The notes under the pieces are model-generated. The model was not told where the DNA came from. It made no database searches and worked only from the letters and a program-made list of their open reading frames with translations. A DNA stretch of 64,000 nucleotides from Octopus sinensis. Lineage: Eukaryota. This document shows, in pieces, positions 63,288 to 64,000 of the stretch (position 1 is the stretch's first letter; each line of letters begins with the position of its first letter). Made by a program: the position numbers and the translations under genes. The stretch is taken from NCBI RefSeq assembly GCF_006345805.1, contig NC_043001.1, positions 98,518,001-98,582,000 of the forward strand, written 5' to 3'.

Positions 63288-64000
63288 TTAGGTCATCCCC
63301 TAAATAATGCAGTTTTCTTTATGCTTCTTTTATTTTTCAAGATTAAAATAAACAAAGTTCTTTTTTAATCTAAAATATACTCTTCTTCATTTTCTTCAAT
63401 GCTCTTCCATCTTTCTGGTAGACTTGCAAGGCTCCTCTTCCAAAATTCACTTGTCTGTGATGAAAAATACTCTTCCAGTACTGTTCTGACCTTGTCTACA
63501 GAAATTTTTCTTCCATACAAATGATTTTGAAGATTGTGGATAATCAGATGGAGCAATGTCCAGTGAATATGGTTGGTGGGGCATCATTTCCCGTTCAGAC
63601 TGCTCCAGCCTTTGGAATGTCATCCTCACTGTATGTGGCCAAGCATTATCTTAATGGAAGAACACCCTTTTCTCTTGAAACCAAAGATGACTTTAGCCAC
63701 TCAATAGATCTCCTTTGTTATCGTTTGGTTTGGGTTTAAAAGTTCAAAGTGGACTAAACCTTTCAAATCTCGCCAAACAGATAACAACACCTTATGTGGG
63801 TGAAGACCGTCTTTAGTCTGGGGTGCCAGTGTTTCTCCTTTCTTTATCCACTGTCTTCGGCGGTTGACATTTTTACAGAGAACCCATTTCTCACCATCAA
63901 TCACTCTTCAGTCCAAAAAGGTTTCATTTGTGAGACGTGACAGCAAAGAAGAGTGCACATTCACTCTCTGTGCACAATTAGACTTGGAAGTTTGTGAGGA
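63288..64000 (-). mobile_element. Mariner transposon (3' part; runs off window)
   Basis: TA|TTAGGTCATCCCC TIR. Transposase remnants: DGEKWV..N..R..QW, LHPHKVLLSVW, HFELL, HQPYSLDIAPSDY. Confidence 0.9.

Overview
AT-rich, repeat-dense metazoan nuclear DNA. The repeat families and gene style suggest an Octopus-like cephalopod (inference). Two host genes are supported. The first is a complete 4-coding-exon SKP1 on + (26921-35647, 162 aa). The second is the last two coding exons of a CyaB-like CYTH-domain gene on - (51550-51425, 48684-48544), convergent with SKP1. The left 16 kb is a transposon pile. It holds two head-to-tail L1/Tx1-like elements that appear to carry only ORF1 (no RT) yet share a conserved 3' tail. 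It also holds a decayed CsRn1-like Gypsy element interrupted by a very young, near-intact Mag-like Gypsy element (238-bp LTRs with 1 mismatch, 5-bp TSD). The remainder is intronic/intergenic DNA with SINEs, RTE/CR1/HERO/Penelope fragments, Tc1/mariner, hAT, Helitron/Helentron derivatives and microsatellites. A clear CpG-decay contrast separates the left intergenic part from the gene bodies. All alignments and counts were done by eye; boundaries marked approximate are uncertain.
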